Assembly (NCBI GenBank): GCA_001263235.1
Contig: LGRD01000018.1
Location: 210,917 to 274,916, forward strand
DNA length: 64,000 nt
Reading direction: 5' to 3'
From: Methylibium sp. NZG
GTDB lineage: Bacteria > Pseudomonadota > Gammaproteobacteria > Burkholderiales > Burkholderiaceae_C
Part shown: positions 33,490 to 43,010 of the stretch, one piece after another
How the letters are laid out: each line of letters opens with the position of its first letter
Numbering within the stretch: the stretch's first letter is position 1
Notes under the pieces: generated by a model
Seen by the model: only the letters and a program-made list of their open reading frames with translations
Databases searched by the model: none
What the model was told of the DNA's origin: nothing
Position numbers and translations under genes: made by a program

Positions 33490-34604
33490 AGCAGGCCAGG
33501 TTGCTGAATAGACTGGACGCGGCGATTGCCAACTCAAGTGAGTCGATTTCGCTTCACTGTCTGCAAATTGAGCGTGCCTGCTACTTGGCACGGCGAGGAC
33601 AAGCCGATGATGCGAGGGCAACTATAGCCGAAATGCGCAGTAGGTATGACCGAGATCCGCACGCAATGATCACTGCTTGGCTTTGTTTGGCCGAGGGTCT
33701 ACTCATCCATTTCAGCAATATGGGTCAGCAGGCACGTGATAAGGTTCGCCGCGCACATGCCCTCAGTGCTGCAGCCGGGATCATACAATTGCGGGCAACT
33801 AGTGCAGCCTGGCTCGCCCACATGGACTATGTGGCCGGGAACATAGTGGATATGGGCAAGTATGTTCGAGAGGCCATCGAACTTGCCGAGAAGGGGAATC
33901 ACTCAGCCCTGTCACGCGCAAGTCTCGTAGCGGCCGATGCCTTCCATCTCGCCGGGCGTCTAGATCTTGCGAAGCCTTGGTACGCCAAGGCTCACGAACA
34001 TGCAGTTGCCGACGGGGACGATGCCACGATCAGCGCCTTGATGCACAACATGGCATGGCTGCGGTTTGCCAACATGCGGCAATCAACATTCAACGGGGGC
34101 GAGATCAGCCCGAGCGGCCAACTCGCACTGTTGAGCGTTGATTCAACTCTGCAGTTCGAGAGCATTGTTGGCGCCGACGGTCTTCACGCGCTGTCTCCAA
34201 TCTTGCGAGCACAAATCCTCGCGGACAAGGGCGAGTTCTTTGCTGCACTAACTCTATGCGACAAGCATCTCGAATCGGCGGTTAGGCAAGGAATTGACCG
34301 TTTGCATGCGAGCGTACTTGCAGATCAAGCCTGGTGCCGCCTAAACCTCGGTGACGTCAAGGCCGCTGAGGTGGACGCAAGAGCAGCTGAAGCGCTCATC
34401 GACCCAGCTGGCCAGGTCGGTGATCGTGCCCCGGCACACAGTCGACTATCTCAAGTATTCGCTGCGCTTGGCGACATCTCCACCTCCCGAGGGCACCATG
34501 AGTTGGCCATAGCTGCTTGGGAGTTACACAGCAGCACCCAACAGCACATCATCGACGTTCTCCAGGCCCCTCAAAACAACGCCATACTCAATTTCCTCCG
34601 ATAG
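33486..34604 (+). CDS. Hypothetical all-alpha helical-repeat (TPR-like) protein
   Basis: 372-aa ORF whose ATG overlaps the purC stop (ATGA). The sequence is Ala/Leu-rich with helix-pair periodicity. No signal peptide, and no catalytic or DNA-binding motif recognised. GC is lower than the flanks. Confidence 0.6.
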   Translation: MKQARLLNRLDAAIANSSESISLHCLQIERACYLARRGQADDARATIAEMRSRYDRDPHAMITAWLCLAEGLLIHFSNMGQQARDKVRRAHALSAAAGIIQLRATSAAWLAHMDYVAGNIVDMGKYVREAIELAEKGNHSALSRASLVAADAFHLAGRLDLAKPWYAKAHEHAVADGDDATISALMHNMAWLRFANMRQSTFNGGEISPSGQLALLSVDSTLQFESIVGADGLHALSPILRAQILADKGEFFAALTLCDKHLESAVRQGIDRLHASVLADQAWCRLNLGDVKAAEVDARAAEALIDPAGQVGDRAPAHSRLSQVFAALGDISTSRGHHELAIAAWELHSSTQQHIIDVLQAPQNNAILNFLR

Positions 34605-35521
34605 GCATCCACGACAGGATCAGACGGGGTTGCGTTCACCTTCCCGGCGATCTCTAGGGTGCCTTTCGGTGTGGCTGCCTCAGCTTTGGGCGGGGCGGGT
34701 TTGCTCATCACGTCGAGTATCGCGACGTAGGTCTTGCGGGCGAGTTCGTTGTTCCAGGCTTTGTCGCGCATCACGATCTCCAGCAACTCGTCCATCGCTT
34801 CGGTGAACCGCGCCGCCGCGAAGTGGGCCTGGGCCAATTCGAAGCGGGCGTCGAAATCTCTTTTGTTCGTTGCCAGTGCAGCGGCCAGGGCTTCGCGGGT
34901 GCGGGCGGTGGGGGCGCGTTCGCAAGCGGCGAGCCAGTGGCCGCAGGCGGTCAGGCGGGGGTCGAGCATCACTTTTGACGCGACGGGCTCGAACGCGCGG
35001 CGCGCCTCGGCGACCCGCCCTGCACGCAGCAGCGCGCGCAGATAGTCGCTGCGCGCGGCGTCGTTGCTGGGGTTGATTGCAACCGCTTCCTGCAGCTTCT
35101 CGAGCGCCGAATCCACGTCGCCCACCGCAAGCAGTTCTTCGGCCTCCTGCACGTCTTCGCCGGCAGCCACTTCTTCGGCGCTGGGCACGTGCTTGTCGAC
35201 GAACTTGCGGATCTCGGCCTCGGGCAACGCGCCCACAAAGCCATCGACCGGCTGGCCGCCCTTGAACATCACGCAGAACGGAATGCTGCGCACGCCGAAC
35301 ATCTGCGAGAGCTGGCCGGCGATGTCGGGCTGGTCGTCGGAGTTGAGCTTGGCCAGCTTGAAGCGGCCGGCGTAGGCCACTTCGAGCTTCTCAAGCACCG
35401 GCCCGAGCGACTTGCACGGGCCGCACCAAGGCGCCCAGATGTCGAGCAGCACCGGCTGTTCAACCGAGGCGTTGATGAGCTCGGCTTCGAAGTTCTGAAT
35501 CGAGATGTCCAGCATGTTCAC
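34571..35521 (-). CDS. Thioredoxin-domain plus TPR co-chaperone (YbbN/CnoX architecture)
   Basis: WCGPC active site in the N-terminal thioredoxin fold, with a TPR-like C-terminal half. Confidence 0.85.
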   Translation of the reverse strand: MNMLDISIQNFEAELINASVEQPVLLDIWAPWCGPCKSLGPVLEKLEVAYAGRFKLAKLNSDDQPDIAGQLSQMFGVRSIPFCVMFKGGQPVDGFVGALPEAEIRKFVDKHVPSAEEVAAGEDVQEAEELLAVGDVDSALEKLQEAVAINPSNDAARSDYLRALLRAGRVAEARRAFEPVASKVMLDPRLTACGHWLAACERAPTARTREALAAALATNKRDFDARFELAQAHFAAARFTEAMDELLEIVMRDKAWNNELARKTYVAILDVMSKPAPPKAEAATPKGTLEIAGKVNATPSDPVVDAYRRKLSMALF

Positions 35522-35607
35522 GGGTCCGCGGTGGGGGTTGGCTGCAAAGGATGATGGCGTCGCGCGGCCTACAATTCAAGGCTGATCCGACCCTTGGAGC
35601 CGTTCGA

Positions 35608-36105
35608 ATGAACCACGCGCCTGTGGTGGTCGGCGTGGTGATGGGTTCCAGCAGCGACTGGGACACCCTGCGCGCTGCCACCGAGATTCTCGCCGAGTTC
35701 GGCGTGCCGCACGAAGCCCGCGTCGTCTCGGCCCACCGCATGCCCGACGACATGTTTGCGTATGCGCAAGGCGCTGCGGCGCGTGGGCTCAAGGCGATCA
35801 TTGCCGGCGCTGGCGGCGCAGCACACTTGCCGGGCATGTTGGCGGCCAAGACCACGGTGCCGGTGCTGGGCGTGCCGGTGGCCAGCCGTCATCTGCAAGG
35901 CGTCGACTCGTTGCACTCGATCGTGCAGATGCCCAAGGGCATTCCTGTGGCGACCTTCGCCATCGGCCTGGCCGGGGCGGCCAACGCGGCCTTGTTTGCG
36001 GTGGCGATGCTGGCCAACGAAGACGCCGCGCTGCGTGCCCAACTCGACGCCTACCGCGCACGCCAGACCGAGGCCGCTCGATTGATGAGCGCGGAGCTGA
36101 AGTGA
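35608..36105 (+). CDS. purE: N5-carboxyaminoimidazole ribonucleotide mutase
   Basis: [21 protein letters not shown] and [10 protein letters not shown]. Trimmed to the ATG at 35608. Confidence 0.94.
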   Translation: MNHAPVVVGVVMGSSSDWDTLRAATEILAEFGVPHEARVVSAHRMPDDMFAYAQGAAARGLKAIIAGAGGAAHLPGMLAAKTTVPVLGVPVASRHLQGVDSLHSIVQMPKGIPVATFAIGLAGAANAALFAVAMLANEDAALRAQLDAYRARQTEAARLMSAELK

Positions 36106-37262
36106 GCGGCTTCATTGCGCCGGGCGCCACGCTGGGCGTGATGGGCGGCGGCCAGCTCGGCCGCATGTTCGTGCACGCCGCGCAGCAGATGGGCTACACG
36201 GCGGCCGTGCTCGACGCCGACGCCGGCAGCCCGGCCGGCGGTGTGGCGCAGCACCACATCCAGGCCGCTTATCTCGACGATCAAGGCCTCGCGCAACTGG
36301 CGCAACACTCGGCCGCCATCACCACCGAATTCGAGAACGTGCCGGCCCCAGCGCTGCGCACCTTGGCCGCGCATCGCAGGGTCGCGCCCGGCGCCGATCC
36401 GGTGGCCATCTGCCAGGACCGCGCTGCAGAGAAGGCCTGCTTCGCGCGCAGCGGCGTGCCATGTGCACCGCACGTGCTGATCGACTCTGCCGATGGGCTG
36501 GCCACAGTCGATGCAGCGCTCTTGCCCGGCATCCTGAAGACGGCGCGCATGGGCTACGACGGCAAAGGCCAGGCGCGCGTCAGCACGCGCGATGAATTGC
36601 GCACAGCGTGGCAAGCGCTCGGCGGCGTGACTTGCGTGCTCGAGCAGCGGCTGCCGCTGGCGCGTGAGATCAGCGTCGTGGTCGCGCGCGGTGCCGACGG
36701 GCAGGCCGTGCACCTGCCGGTGCAGCAGAACCTGCACCGCGAAGGCATCCTGGCCGTCACGCGGGTGCCGGCGCCGGATGTTGCGGCCGAGTTGCAGCAC
36801 GCTGCCGTGCAGGCCGCGCTGCGGCTGGCCGAAGCGCTGGACTACGTCGGCGTGTTGTGCGTCGAGTTCTTCGTGCTTCAAGACGGCTCGCTGGTTGCCA
36901 ACGAGATGGCGCCGCGCCCACACAACTCCGGCCACCACAGCATCGACTCTTGCGATGTGTCGCAGTTTGATCTGCAGGTGCGCACGCTCACCGGTGCGCC
37001 GCTCGTGGCGCCGCGGCAGCATTCGCCCTGCGTGATGTTGAACCTGCTCGGCGACCTGTGGTTTCGCCACGGCAAGCAACCGGTCGAACCCGACTGGGCC
37101 GCGGTGCTTGCGCTGCCTGGCGCACACCTGCATTTGTACGGCAAGGCCGAGGCCCGGCCAGGCCGCAAGATGGGCCACCTGACGGTCACCGCCCCCAGCG
37201 CCGACGCGGCGCGCATCATCGCGCTGCAGGCAGCGCAGGTGCTGGGGATCGAGGCGTTCTGA
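36102..37262 (+). CDS. purK: N5-carboxyaminoimidazole ribonucleotide synthase
   Basis: ATP-grasp fold, [12 protein letters not shown]. The GTG start overlaps the purE stop. Confidence 0.93.
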   Translation: MSGFIAPGATLGVMGGGQLGRMFVHAAQQMGYTAAVLDADAGSPAGGVAQHHIQAAYLDDQGLAQLAQHSAAITTEFENVPAPALRTLAAHRRVAPGADPVAICQDRAAEKACFARSGVPCAPHVLIDSADGLATVDAALLPGILKTARMGYDGKGQARVSTRDELRTAWQALGGVTCVLEQRLPLAREISVVVARGADGQAVHLPVQQNLHREGILAVTRVPAPDVAAELQHAAVQAALRLAEALDYVGVLCVEFFVLQDGSLVANEMAPRPHNSGHHSIDSCDVSQFDLQVRTLTGAPLVAPRQHSPCVMLNLLGDLWFRHGKQPVEPDWAAVLALPGAHLHLYGKAEARPGRKMGHLTVTAPSADAARIIALQAAQVLGIEAF

Positions 37263-37292
37263 GAGCGCCACCAATCAGGGTGACTGAGCGCC

Positions 37293-38273
37293 ATGCTGCT
37301 TGACGGACTCGACGCCGCCGCGGTCGCTCGCGCCGCTGCTGCGCTGGCGGCGGGCGAGCTGGTGGCCTTTCCCACCGAGACGGTGTACGGCCTGGGCGCG
37401 CGCGCCGACGACGACGCGGCGGTGGCCAAGGTCTTCGCCGCCAAGGGGCGGCCCGCCGACCATCCGCTCATCGTGCACGTCGCCGACGCCGTTGACGCTT
37501 CGGCATTTGCCGCGCGCGTGCCGGCCGTGGCCCAGCGCCTGATCGATCAGTTCTGGCCCGGGCCGCTCACCGTCATCGTCGAACGTGCCGCCGGCACGGC
37601 CAGCGCGGCGGCGGGCGGGCAGGGCAGCATCGGCCTGCGCTGCCCGGCGCATCCGGTGGCGAAGGCCTTGCTGACGGCGGCGCGCGGGCTCGGGGTGGCC
37701 GGTGTGGCGGCGCCGAGCGCCAACCGCTTCGGCCGCATCAGCCCGACGCGCGCGGCGCACGTCGCCCAAGCCTTCGGCGACGATTTGCTCGTGCTCGACG
37801 GCGGTGCGTGCCGCGTCGGCATCGAGTCGGCCATCGTCGATTGCTCGCGCGGGCGGCCAGTGCTGCTGCGCCCAGGCCTGCTCACGCGGGCGCAGATCGA
37901 AGCGGCTGCGGGCGAGCCGCTCCACGAGCCCGATGCCGATGCGCCGCGCGCCTCGGGCACACTCGCGGCGCACTACGCGCCGCAGGCCCGGCTGCGGCTG
38001 ATGCCGGCGGCGATGCTCGACACAGCGCTGCGGGTGCTCGGCGAGCGACCGCCGAGGCTGGCGGTATATTCGCGCAGCCTGCCGGCCCCCGCTGGCCACG
38101 GCGTGCTGCACCGGCGCATGCCGGCGCGGCCCGAGGCGGCGGCGCATGAGTTGTTCCAGGTGCTGCGCGAGCTCGACGCCGAAGGCGTGCCGCTCATCTG
38201 GGTCGAAGAGCCGCCCCCCGACGCCGAATGGGACGGCGTGCGCGACCGCTTGCAACGCGCTGCGGCGTCTTGA
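37293..38273 (+). CDS. tsaC: L-threonylcarbamoyladenylate synthase (Sua5/YrdC type)
   Basis: AFPTETVYGLGA and KGRPADHPLIVH, plus a C-terminal Sua5 domain. 326 aa. Confidence 0.9.
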   Translation: MLLDGLDAAAVARAAAALAAGELVAFPTETVYGLGARADDDAAVAKVFAAKGRPADHPLIVHVADAVDASAFAARVPAVAQRLIDQFWPGPLTVIVERAAGTASAAAGGQGSIGLRCPAHPVAKALLTAARGLGVAGVAAPSANRFGRISPTRAAHVAQAFGDDLLVLDGGACRVGIESAIVDCSRGRPVLLRPGLLTRAQIEAAAGEPLHEPDADAPRASGTLAAHYAPQARLRLMPAAMLDTALRVLGERPPRLAVYSRSLPAPAGHGVLHRRMPARPEAAAHELFQVLRELDAEGVPLIWVEEPPPDAEWDGVRDRLQRAAAS

Positions 38274-38301
38274 ATCACCGAATGAAATTTTGGAGTTCTG
38301 A

Positions 38302-39273
38302 ATGGGATTGATGAACAAGGGCAAGGCCCGCGCATTGCAAGCGGCTGCCGTGGTGGGAGCGGTCGTCGGCCTGGCCGCGCTGACGGCGTGCGGCGGCGGC
38401 ACCGATGTCGACCAGTTCGTTCCGACGGCTGTCATCTCCCTGGGCGACGAGACCAGCGTCATCAACGCCGACGGCACCAAGTACAGCATCAACGGCCCCA
38501 CGTCGAGCACCGACCCCACGCTCGACTGCCGCACCAACCCGATCTGGGTGCAGGCGCTGGCCAGTGCGTACGGCATGGTCTTCACGCAGTGCAACCCCGG
38601 CGGGCTGGAGGTGCGGGCACGCGGCCTGGCGGCCCCCGGAGCCCGCGTGGCCGACATCGCCGCGCAGGCCGCGCAGGTCGGCGCGCTGACGGGCTCGCAG
38701 TTGGTGACGGTGCTGGCGGGCGCGAACGACGTGCTCGCGCAGTACGCGCGCTACCCCGCCGTCAGCGAGGCCCAGTTGAGCGCCGAGCTCGAAGCCACCG
38801 GCTCCGCGCTGGCTGAGCAGGTCAATGCGCTGGCCAACGCCGGCGGCAAGGTGCTGATCGCGACCGTGCCCGACCTCGGCCTGTCGCCCTTTGCCTTTGC
38901 CGAGCGCGCCGCCAACACCGACACCGACCGCGCTGCCTTGCTGTCGCGCCTGACCGCGCGATTCAACGCCAAGCTGCGCGCCAACATCATCAACGACGGG
39001 CGCCGCATCGGCCTGCTGTTGGCCGACGAGCTGGTGCAGACGGCGTCCAAGTTTCCATCGAGCTATGGTTACTTGAACGTCGTCGGCGCGGCCTGCCTGA
39101 GCACCGCGGTGCTGCCGGCGTGCAACACCACGACGCTGCAACCCGTCAACGGCGCCGTGCCCGCGGCGGGCTCGTTCTCGTGGTTGTGGGCCGACCCGAC
39201 GCGGTTGAGCCCGGGCGGCCACAGCCAGCTCGGCGCGCTGGCGGCGTCGCGCGCGAACGGCAATCCGTTCTGA
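38302..39273 (+). CDS. SGNH/GDSL-family hydrolase lipoprotein
   Basis: Lipobox LTAC. SGNH blocks SLGDETS, AGANDV and a C-terminal D..LSPGGH. Confidence 0.75.
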   Translation: MGLMNKGKARALQAAAVVGAVVGLAALTACGGGTDVDQFVPTAVISLGDETSVINADGTKYSINGPTSSTDPTLDCRTNPIWVQALASAYGMVFTQCNPGGLEVRARGLAAPGARVADIAAQAAQVGALTGSQLVTVLAGANDVLAQYARYPAVSEAQLSAELEATGSALAEQVNALANAGGKVLIATVPDLGLSPFAFAERAANTDTDRAALLSRLTARFNAKLRANIINDGRRIGLLLADELVQTASKFPSSYGYLNVVGAACLSTAVLPACNTTTLQPVNGAVPAAGSFSWLWADPTRLSPGGHSQLGALAASRANGNPF

Positions 39274-39295
39274 TGCCTGGCCTGGGGGCGCCGCT

Positions 39296-40804
39296 TCAGT
39301 TCAAATAGTCTGGCGCCGGCTGCGTGTCGTTGAAGGTCCATTGCACCAGCGCGTCCAGCGCCGGGCGCGCGGCGTTGGCGTTAGGGTGGTTGATGATCGC
39401 AACGATCACCTGCCGGCGCCCTGAGTTGGCAAGCACGTAGCCGGCCACGGCCGCCACATCGCGCAGCGAACCCGTCTTCAGGTGCGCCCGGCCGACAGCG
39501 GTGCGCGAGCGGCGCATCGTGCCGTCGACGCCGTTGAGCGGCAACGAGCTGAGCAGCTCGGGCATCACCGGGCTCGCCCAGGCCACTTGCAGCAGCCGCG
39601 CCATCGCCTGCGCGCTGGAACGTGCGTCGCGCGACAAGCCTGAGCCGTTGTCTATGAGGGTGCCGGCGGCGGCAGGCCCCAGCCGCTGCGCCGTCCACTG
39701 CTTCAGCACCTCGCGCGCAGCGGCGGGCGTGCCGGCGCCGCGTTGCGTGAGGCCCAGCGTCAGAAACAACTGCTGCGCCATCACGTTGTTGCTGAACTTG
39801 TTGATGTCGCGCACCACCTCGGCCAGCGCGGGCGAGTCGATCACGAAGCTCGGCGCGGTTGCGGGCGCTGCGCCGTCGCGCACCGAGCCGGTGAGCTGGC
39901 CGCCCATCTCGCGCCACAAGCCCACCAGCGCACGTTCGTTGTAGGCGCGTGCGTCGGCATGGGCGAGCGTCCATTGCTTCTCGCCGCACGACGCCGGAAA
40001 CGCGCCGTTGAACTGGATGCGCAGCGGGTCGGCCACGTCGGCCTTCAGCCCACCGCGCCAGTCGTGGCAGCCGCCTTCGACGAGCGGGATGCTGGGCGGC
40101 TCGACGCGCACGCCCGCGAGCGTCGGGTCGGCGCCCACCCAGGCGACGCCGCGGGCCGGGTCGGGCGTGAAGCTGAACACCACCGACTTGTGGCTCAGCA
40201 GCAGCGCGTCGGCGCCGACGTTGTACGGTCGCAGCGGCTCACCGTCGAAGTCGCCCGGGTGCTGGTCGGGCGCGGCGAAGGCGCTGCGGTCGAGCACGAT
40301 GTCGCCACGGATCTGCGTCACGCCCAGCTGCTGCACACGGCGCATCAGCAGCCACAGGCGTTCGAGCACGAGCTTGGGGTCGCCGTTGCCCTTGATGACG
40401 AGGTTGCCGTCGAGCACGCCGTCCTTCACGCTGCCTTGCAGCCACACCGGCGTGGTCCACGCCCAGGCCGGGCCAAGCAGCTCCAGCGCGGCAAAGGTGG
40501 TGAACAGCTTCATCACTGAAGCCGGGTTCACGGGCAGCTCGGGCTGCCAAGCCAGGCGGGGCCGGCGCGAGCCCACTTCCTGCACCATCACCACCAGCGC
40601 TTCGGGCGGCACCTTGGCGCGTTCGAGTGCGGCTTCCACTTCGATCGGCAACACGCGCGGGGCGGCCAGAAGCAGGGAATGCAGGCCGGCGAAAAGTATC
40701 GCGGCGACGAGTGTGAAGGCCCTGTTGAACACGCGTCTGTGATGCACGCGTCGATGATCGCACGCCGCTAAACTCGCCCGCTGCCGCTCAAGCGGCCAAC
40801 CCAC
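39296..40804 (-). CDS. dacB: D-alanyl-D-alanine carboxypeptidase/endopeptidase (PBP4)
   Basis: SxxK (ASVMKLFT), SxN (FSNNVMA) and KTG (LKTGSL). The start is uncertain: 40804 leaves only 5 bp before tsaB, and in-frame GTGs at 40747 and 40732 are plausible. Confidence 0.88.
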   Translation of the reverse strand: MGWPLERQRASLAACDHRRVHHRRVFNRAFTLVAAILFAGLHSLLLAAPRVLPIEVEAALERAKVPPEALVVMVQEVGSRRPRLAWQPELPVNPASVMKLFTTFAALELLGPAWAWTTPVWLQGSVKDGVLDGNLVIKGNGDPKLVLERLWLLMRRVQQLGVTQIRGDIVLDRSAFAAPDQHPGDFDGEPLRPYNVGADALLLSHKSVVFSFTPDPARGVAWVGADPTLAGVRVEPPSIPLVEGGCHDWRGGLKADVADPLRIQFNGAFPASCGEKQWTLAHADARAYNERALVGLWREMGGQLTGSVRDGAAPATAPSFVIDSPALAEVVRDINKFSNNVMAQQLFLTLGLTQRGAGTPAAAREVLKQWTAQRLGPAAAGTLIDNGSGLSRDARSSAQAMARLLQVAWASPVMPELLSSLPLNGVDGTMRRSRTAVGRAHLKTGSLRDVAAVAGYVLANSGRRQVIVAIINHPNANAARPALDALVQWTFNDTQPAPDYLN

Positions 40805-40809
40805 GCAAT

Positions 40810-41526
40810 ATGAACGCCCTGCTGGCCTTTGACACCGCCACCGAACAGATGAGCATCGCGCTGGCGGTTGCCGACCGCGTGTGGACGCACGAGGCCGCGG
40901 GTGGCGCGCTGGCCTCGGCGGCGCTGGTGCCCGCCATCCTGGCGCTGCTGGGCCAGGCCGGCGTGGGCTTGCGCGACCTCGACGCCATCGCGTTCGGCCG
41001 CGGCCCGGGCGCCTTCACGGGGCTGCGCACCGCGTGCTCGGTGGCGCAGGGGCTGGCCTTCGGCGCGCACAAGCCGGTGCTGCCGATCGACACGTTGATG
41101 GCGGTGGCCGAAGACGCACGCGCCGGCCAGCCGATGTGGCAGGGCTGGGTCACGATGGATGCGCGCATGGACGAGATCTATGCCGGCCACTACCGCTTCG
41201 ACGCTGGCGGCTGGCAGGTGCTCGGCGCGCCCCGCCTCACCACCCCGCAGGCCTTGAACGACGCATGGCAGGCGGCGCCGACCGCGGTGGTGGCCGGCAA
41301 TGCGCTCACCGCTTTCGGCGACCGGCTGCAGACGGGTTCGGCGCTGCGCATCGCCACCGCCCTGCCACGAGCTGCGGCGATGCTGCCCCTGGCGCGCCAG
41401 CTCTGGGCGCAAGGCTGCGGCGTGGCGGCCGAATTCGCGCTGCCCACGTACTTGCGTGACAAGGTCGCGCAGACCACCGCCGAGCGCGAGGCGGCGCGCC
41501 GGGCAACGGCTGCGGGCGCGGTGTGA
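40810..41526 (+). CDS. tsaB: tRNA t6A biosynthesis protein TsaB
   Basis: LAFDTATEQMSIAL and FGRGPGAFTGLR. Confidence 0.9.
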   Translation: MNALLAFDTATEQMSIALAVADRVWTHEAAGGALASAALVPAILALLGQAGVGLRDLDAIAFGRGPGAFTGLRTACSVAQGLAFGAHKPVLPIDTLMAVAEDARAGQPMWQGWVTMDARMDEIYAGHYRFDAGGWQVLGAPRLTTPQALNDAWQAAPTAVVAGNALTAFGDRLQTGSALRIATALPRAAAMLPLARQLWAQGCGVAAEFALPTYLRDKVAQTTAEREAARRATAAGAV

Positions 41527-42080
41527 TGGGCGCGGTGCCCAGCCCGGTTGCAAGCGCCACTTCAAGCGCTGGTTCGAGCGGTGCGGTGCGGCTGGCGCCG
41601 ATGACCGCACAGCATCTCGGTTTGGTGCTCGGCATTGAGAACGCAGCTTACGAGTTCCCTTGGAGCCACGGCAACTTCATCGACTCGCTCGCGGCAGGCC
41701 ACATTGCGCAGGTGCTGTGCGACCCACGCGGCGAGCTGCTCGGCTACCTCGTGGCGTTGCCGGGATATCAGGAAATGCATCTGCTGAACCTGACGGTGGC
41801 GCCCGCGGCGCAGGGCCTCGGCCACGCCCGCGGCATGTTGGCGTGGCTGGTCGCGCGCTGCGCTGAGCAGGGGGCGCAGCAGTTGTGGCTCGAAGTGCGC
41901 GAGAGCAACGCGCGCGCGCTGCGCGTCTACCGGCACTTCGGTTTTGCCAGCATCGGCACGCGCAAGGGCTACTACCCCGCGCCGCTGGGCCGCCGTGAAG
42001 ACGCGGTGGTGATGGGCCTGCCGATCGGCGCCGAGGCCGCCGCATCAACTGCCCCGGAGCGACCCGATGCGCTGGACTGA
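41523..42080 (+). CDS. rimI: Ribosomal-protein-alanine N-acetyltransferase (GNAT)
   Basis: GNAT fold (HLLNLTVAPAAQGLGHARGML, LEVRESNARALRVYRHFGF). Belongs to the conserved tsaB-rimI pair. Confidence 0.85.
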   Translation: MMGAVPSPVASATSSAGSSGAVRLAPMTAQHLGLVLGIENAAYEFPWSHGNFIDSLAAGHIAQVLCDPRGELLGYLVALPGYQEMHLLNLTVAPAAQGLGHARGMLAWLVARCAEQGAQQLWLEVRESNARALRVYRHFGFASIGTRKGYYPAPLGRREDAVVMGLPIGAEAAASTAPERPDALD

Positions 42081-42879
42081 CCGCCAGCGCGCGATGCTGC
42101 TGGAGATGGGCATCCGGCTGGGGCCGGAGCCGCCCGGTGCAGAGCCAGTCGCCGTGGTGGCGCCGCCCGCGGCAGAGCCGGTGGCGGTGCCGGCAGCCGT
42201 GCGGGACGGCGCGGCGCCCGCCGCCCAACCGCCAGCCGCCGTGGCGGCCCCACCGCCGGCCACGGCAGCGCCCGTTGCCTTCGTTTCGACGACCCGCGTG
42301 GCGCACATGGACTGGCCCGAGCTGCGCGCCACCGTGGCCGGCTGCACCGCCTGCCGCCTGTGCCAGGGCCGCACGCAAACGGTTTTCGGCGTCGGCCACC
42401 TGCAGGCCGATTGGATGATCGTCGGCGAAGCGCCGGGCGAGCAGGAAGACCGCCAGGGCGAGCCCTTCGTCGGCAAGTCGGGCCAGTTGCTGGGCAACAT
42501 GCTGCGCGCCATCGGCCTCACGCGCGAGGATGCGCCGGCCACGCAGCAGGTCTACATCGCCAACACGCTCAAGTGCCGCCCGCCCGGCAACCGCAACCCG
42601 CAACCCGACGAGCTGGCGCAGTGCGAGCCGTACCTGATCCGCCAGGTGGCGCTCGTGCAGCCCAAGATCATCCTCGCGATGGGCAGCTTTGCGGTGCAGA
42701 GCCTGCTGCGCAACACCGAGCCGATCGGCCGCCTGCGCGGCCGCGTGCACGACTACCACGGCGTGCCGCTGATCGTGACCTACCACCCCGCCTACCTGCT
42801 GCGCCGGCCCGAAGAAAAAGCGCGCGCCTGGGACGACCTGTGCCTCGCCGTGGAGACAGCGAGACAGGCTGCAAAGTGA
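42067..42879 (+). CDS. Uracil-DNA glycosylase, family 4
   Basis: GEAPGEQEDRQGEPFVG, CTACRLC and NTLKCRPPGNRNP. It has an Ala/Pro-rich N-terminal extension of about 85 aa and overlaps rimI by 14 nt. Confidence 0.88.
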   Translation: MRWTDRQRAMLLEMGIRLGPEPPGAEPVAVVAPPAAEPVAVPAAVRDGAAPAAQPPAAVAAPPPATAAPVAFVSTTRVAHMDWPELRATVAGCTACRLCQGRTQTVFGVGHLQADWMIVGEAPGEQEDRQGEPFVGKSGQLLGNMLRAIGLTREDAPATQQVYIANTLKCRPPGNRNPQPDELAQCEPYLIRQVALVQPKIILAMGSFAVQSLLRNTEPIGRLRGRVHDYHGVPLIVTYHPAYLLRRPEEKARAWDDLCLAVETARQAAK

Positions 42880-43010
42880 CGCTGTGACGAGACCGTGAAG
42901 GCTTGCACGCGCCGTTGAAACGCCCGCGCCCGGCGCGCCTTGTGGTGCGCGGACCGGCGACTATCATCGATGCAAACAGCGCGTCAACGAGCCTTTCGCG
43001 CAAGCCTTCG

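Noticed and set aside
32454-34620. Mobile-element or prophage origin of the two lower-GC islets (also 45462..46896)
   Set aside because: I could find no integrase, transposase, terminal inverted repeats, flanking direct repeats or adjacent tRNA. I therefore report them only as compositional islets, not as mobile elements.
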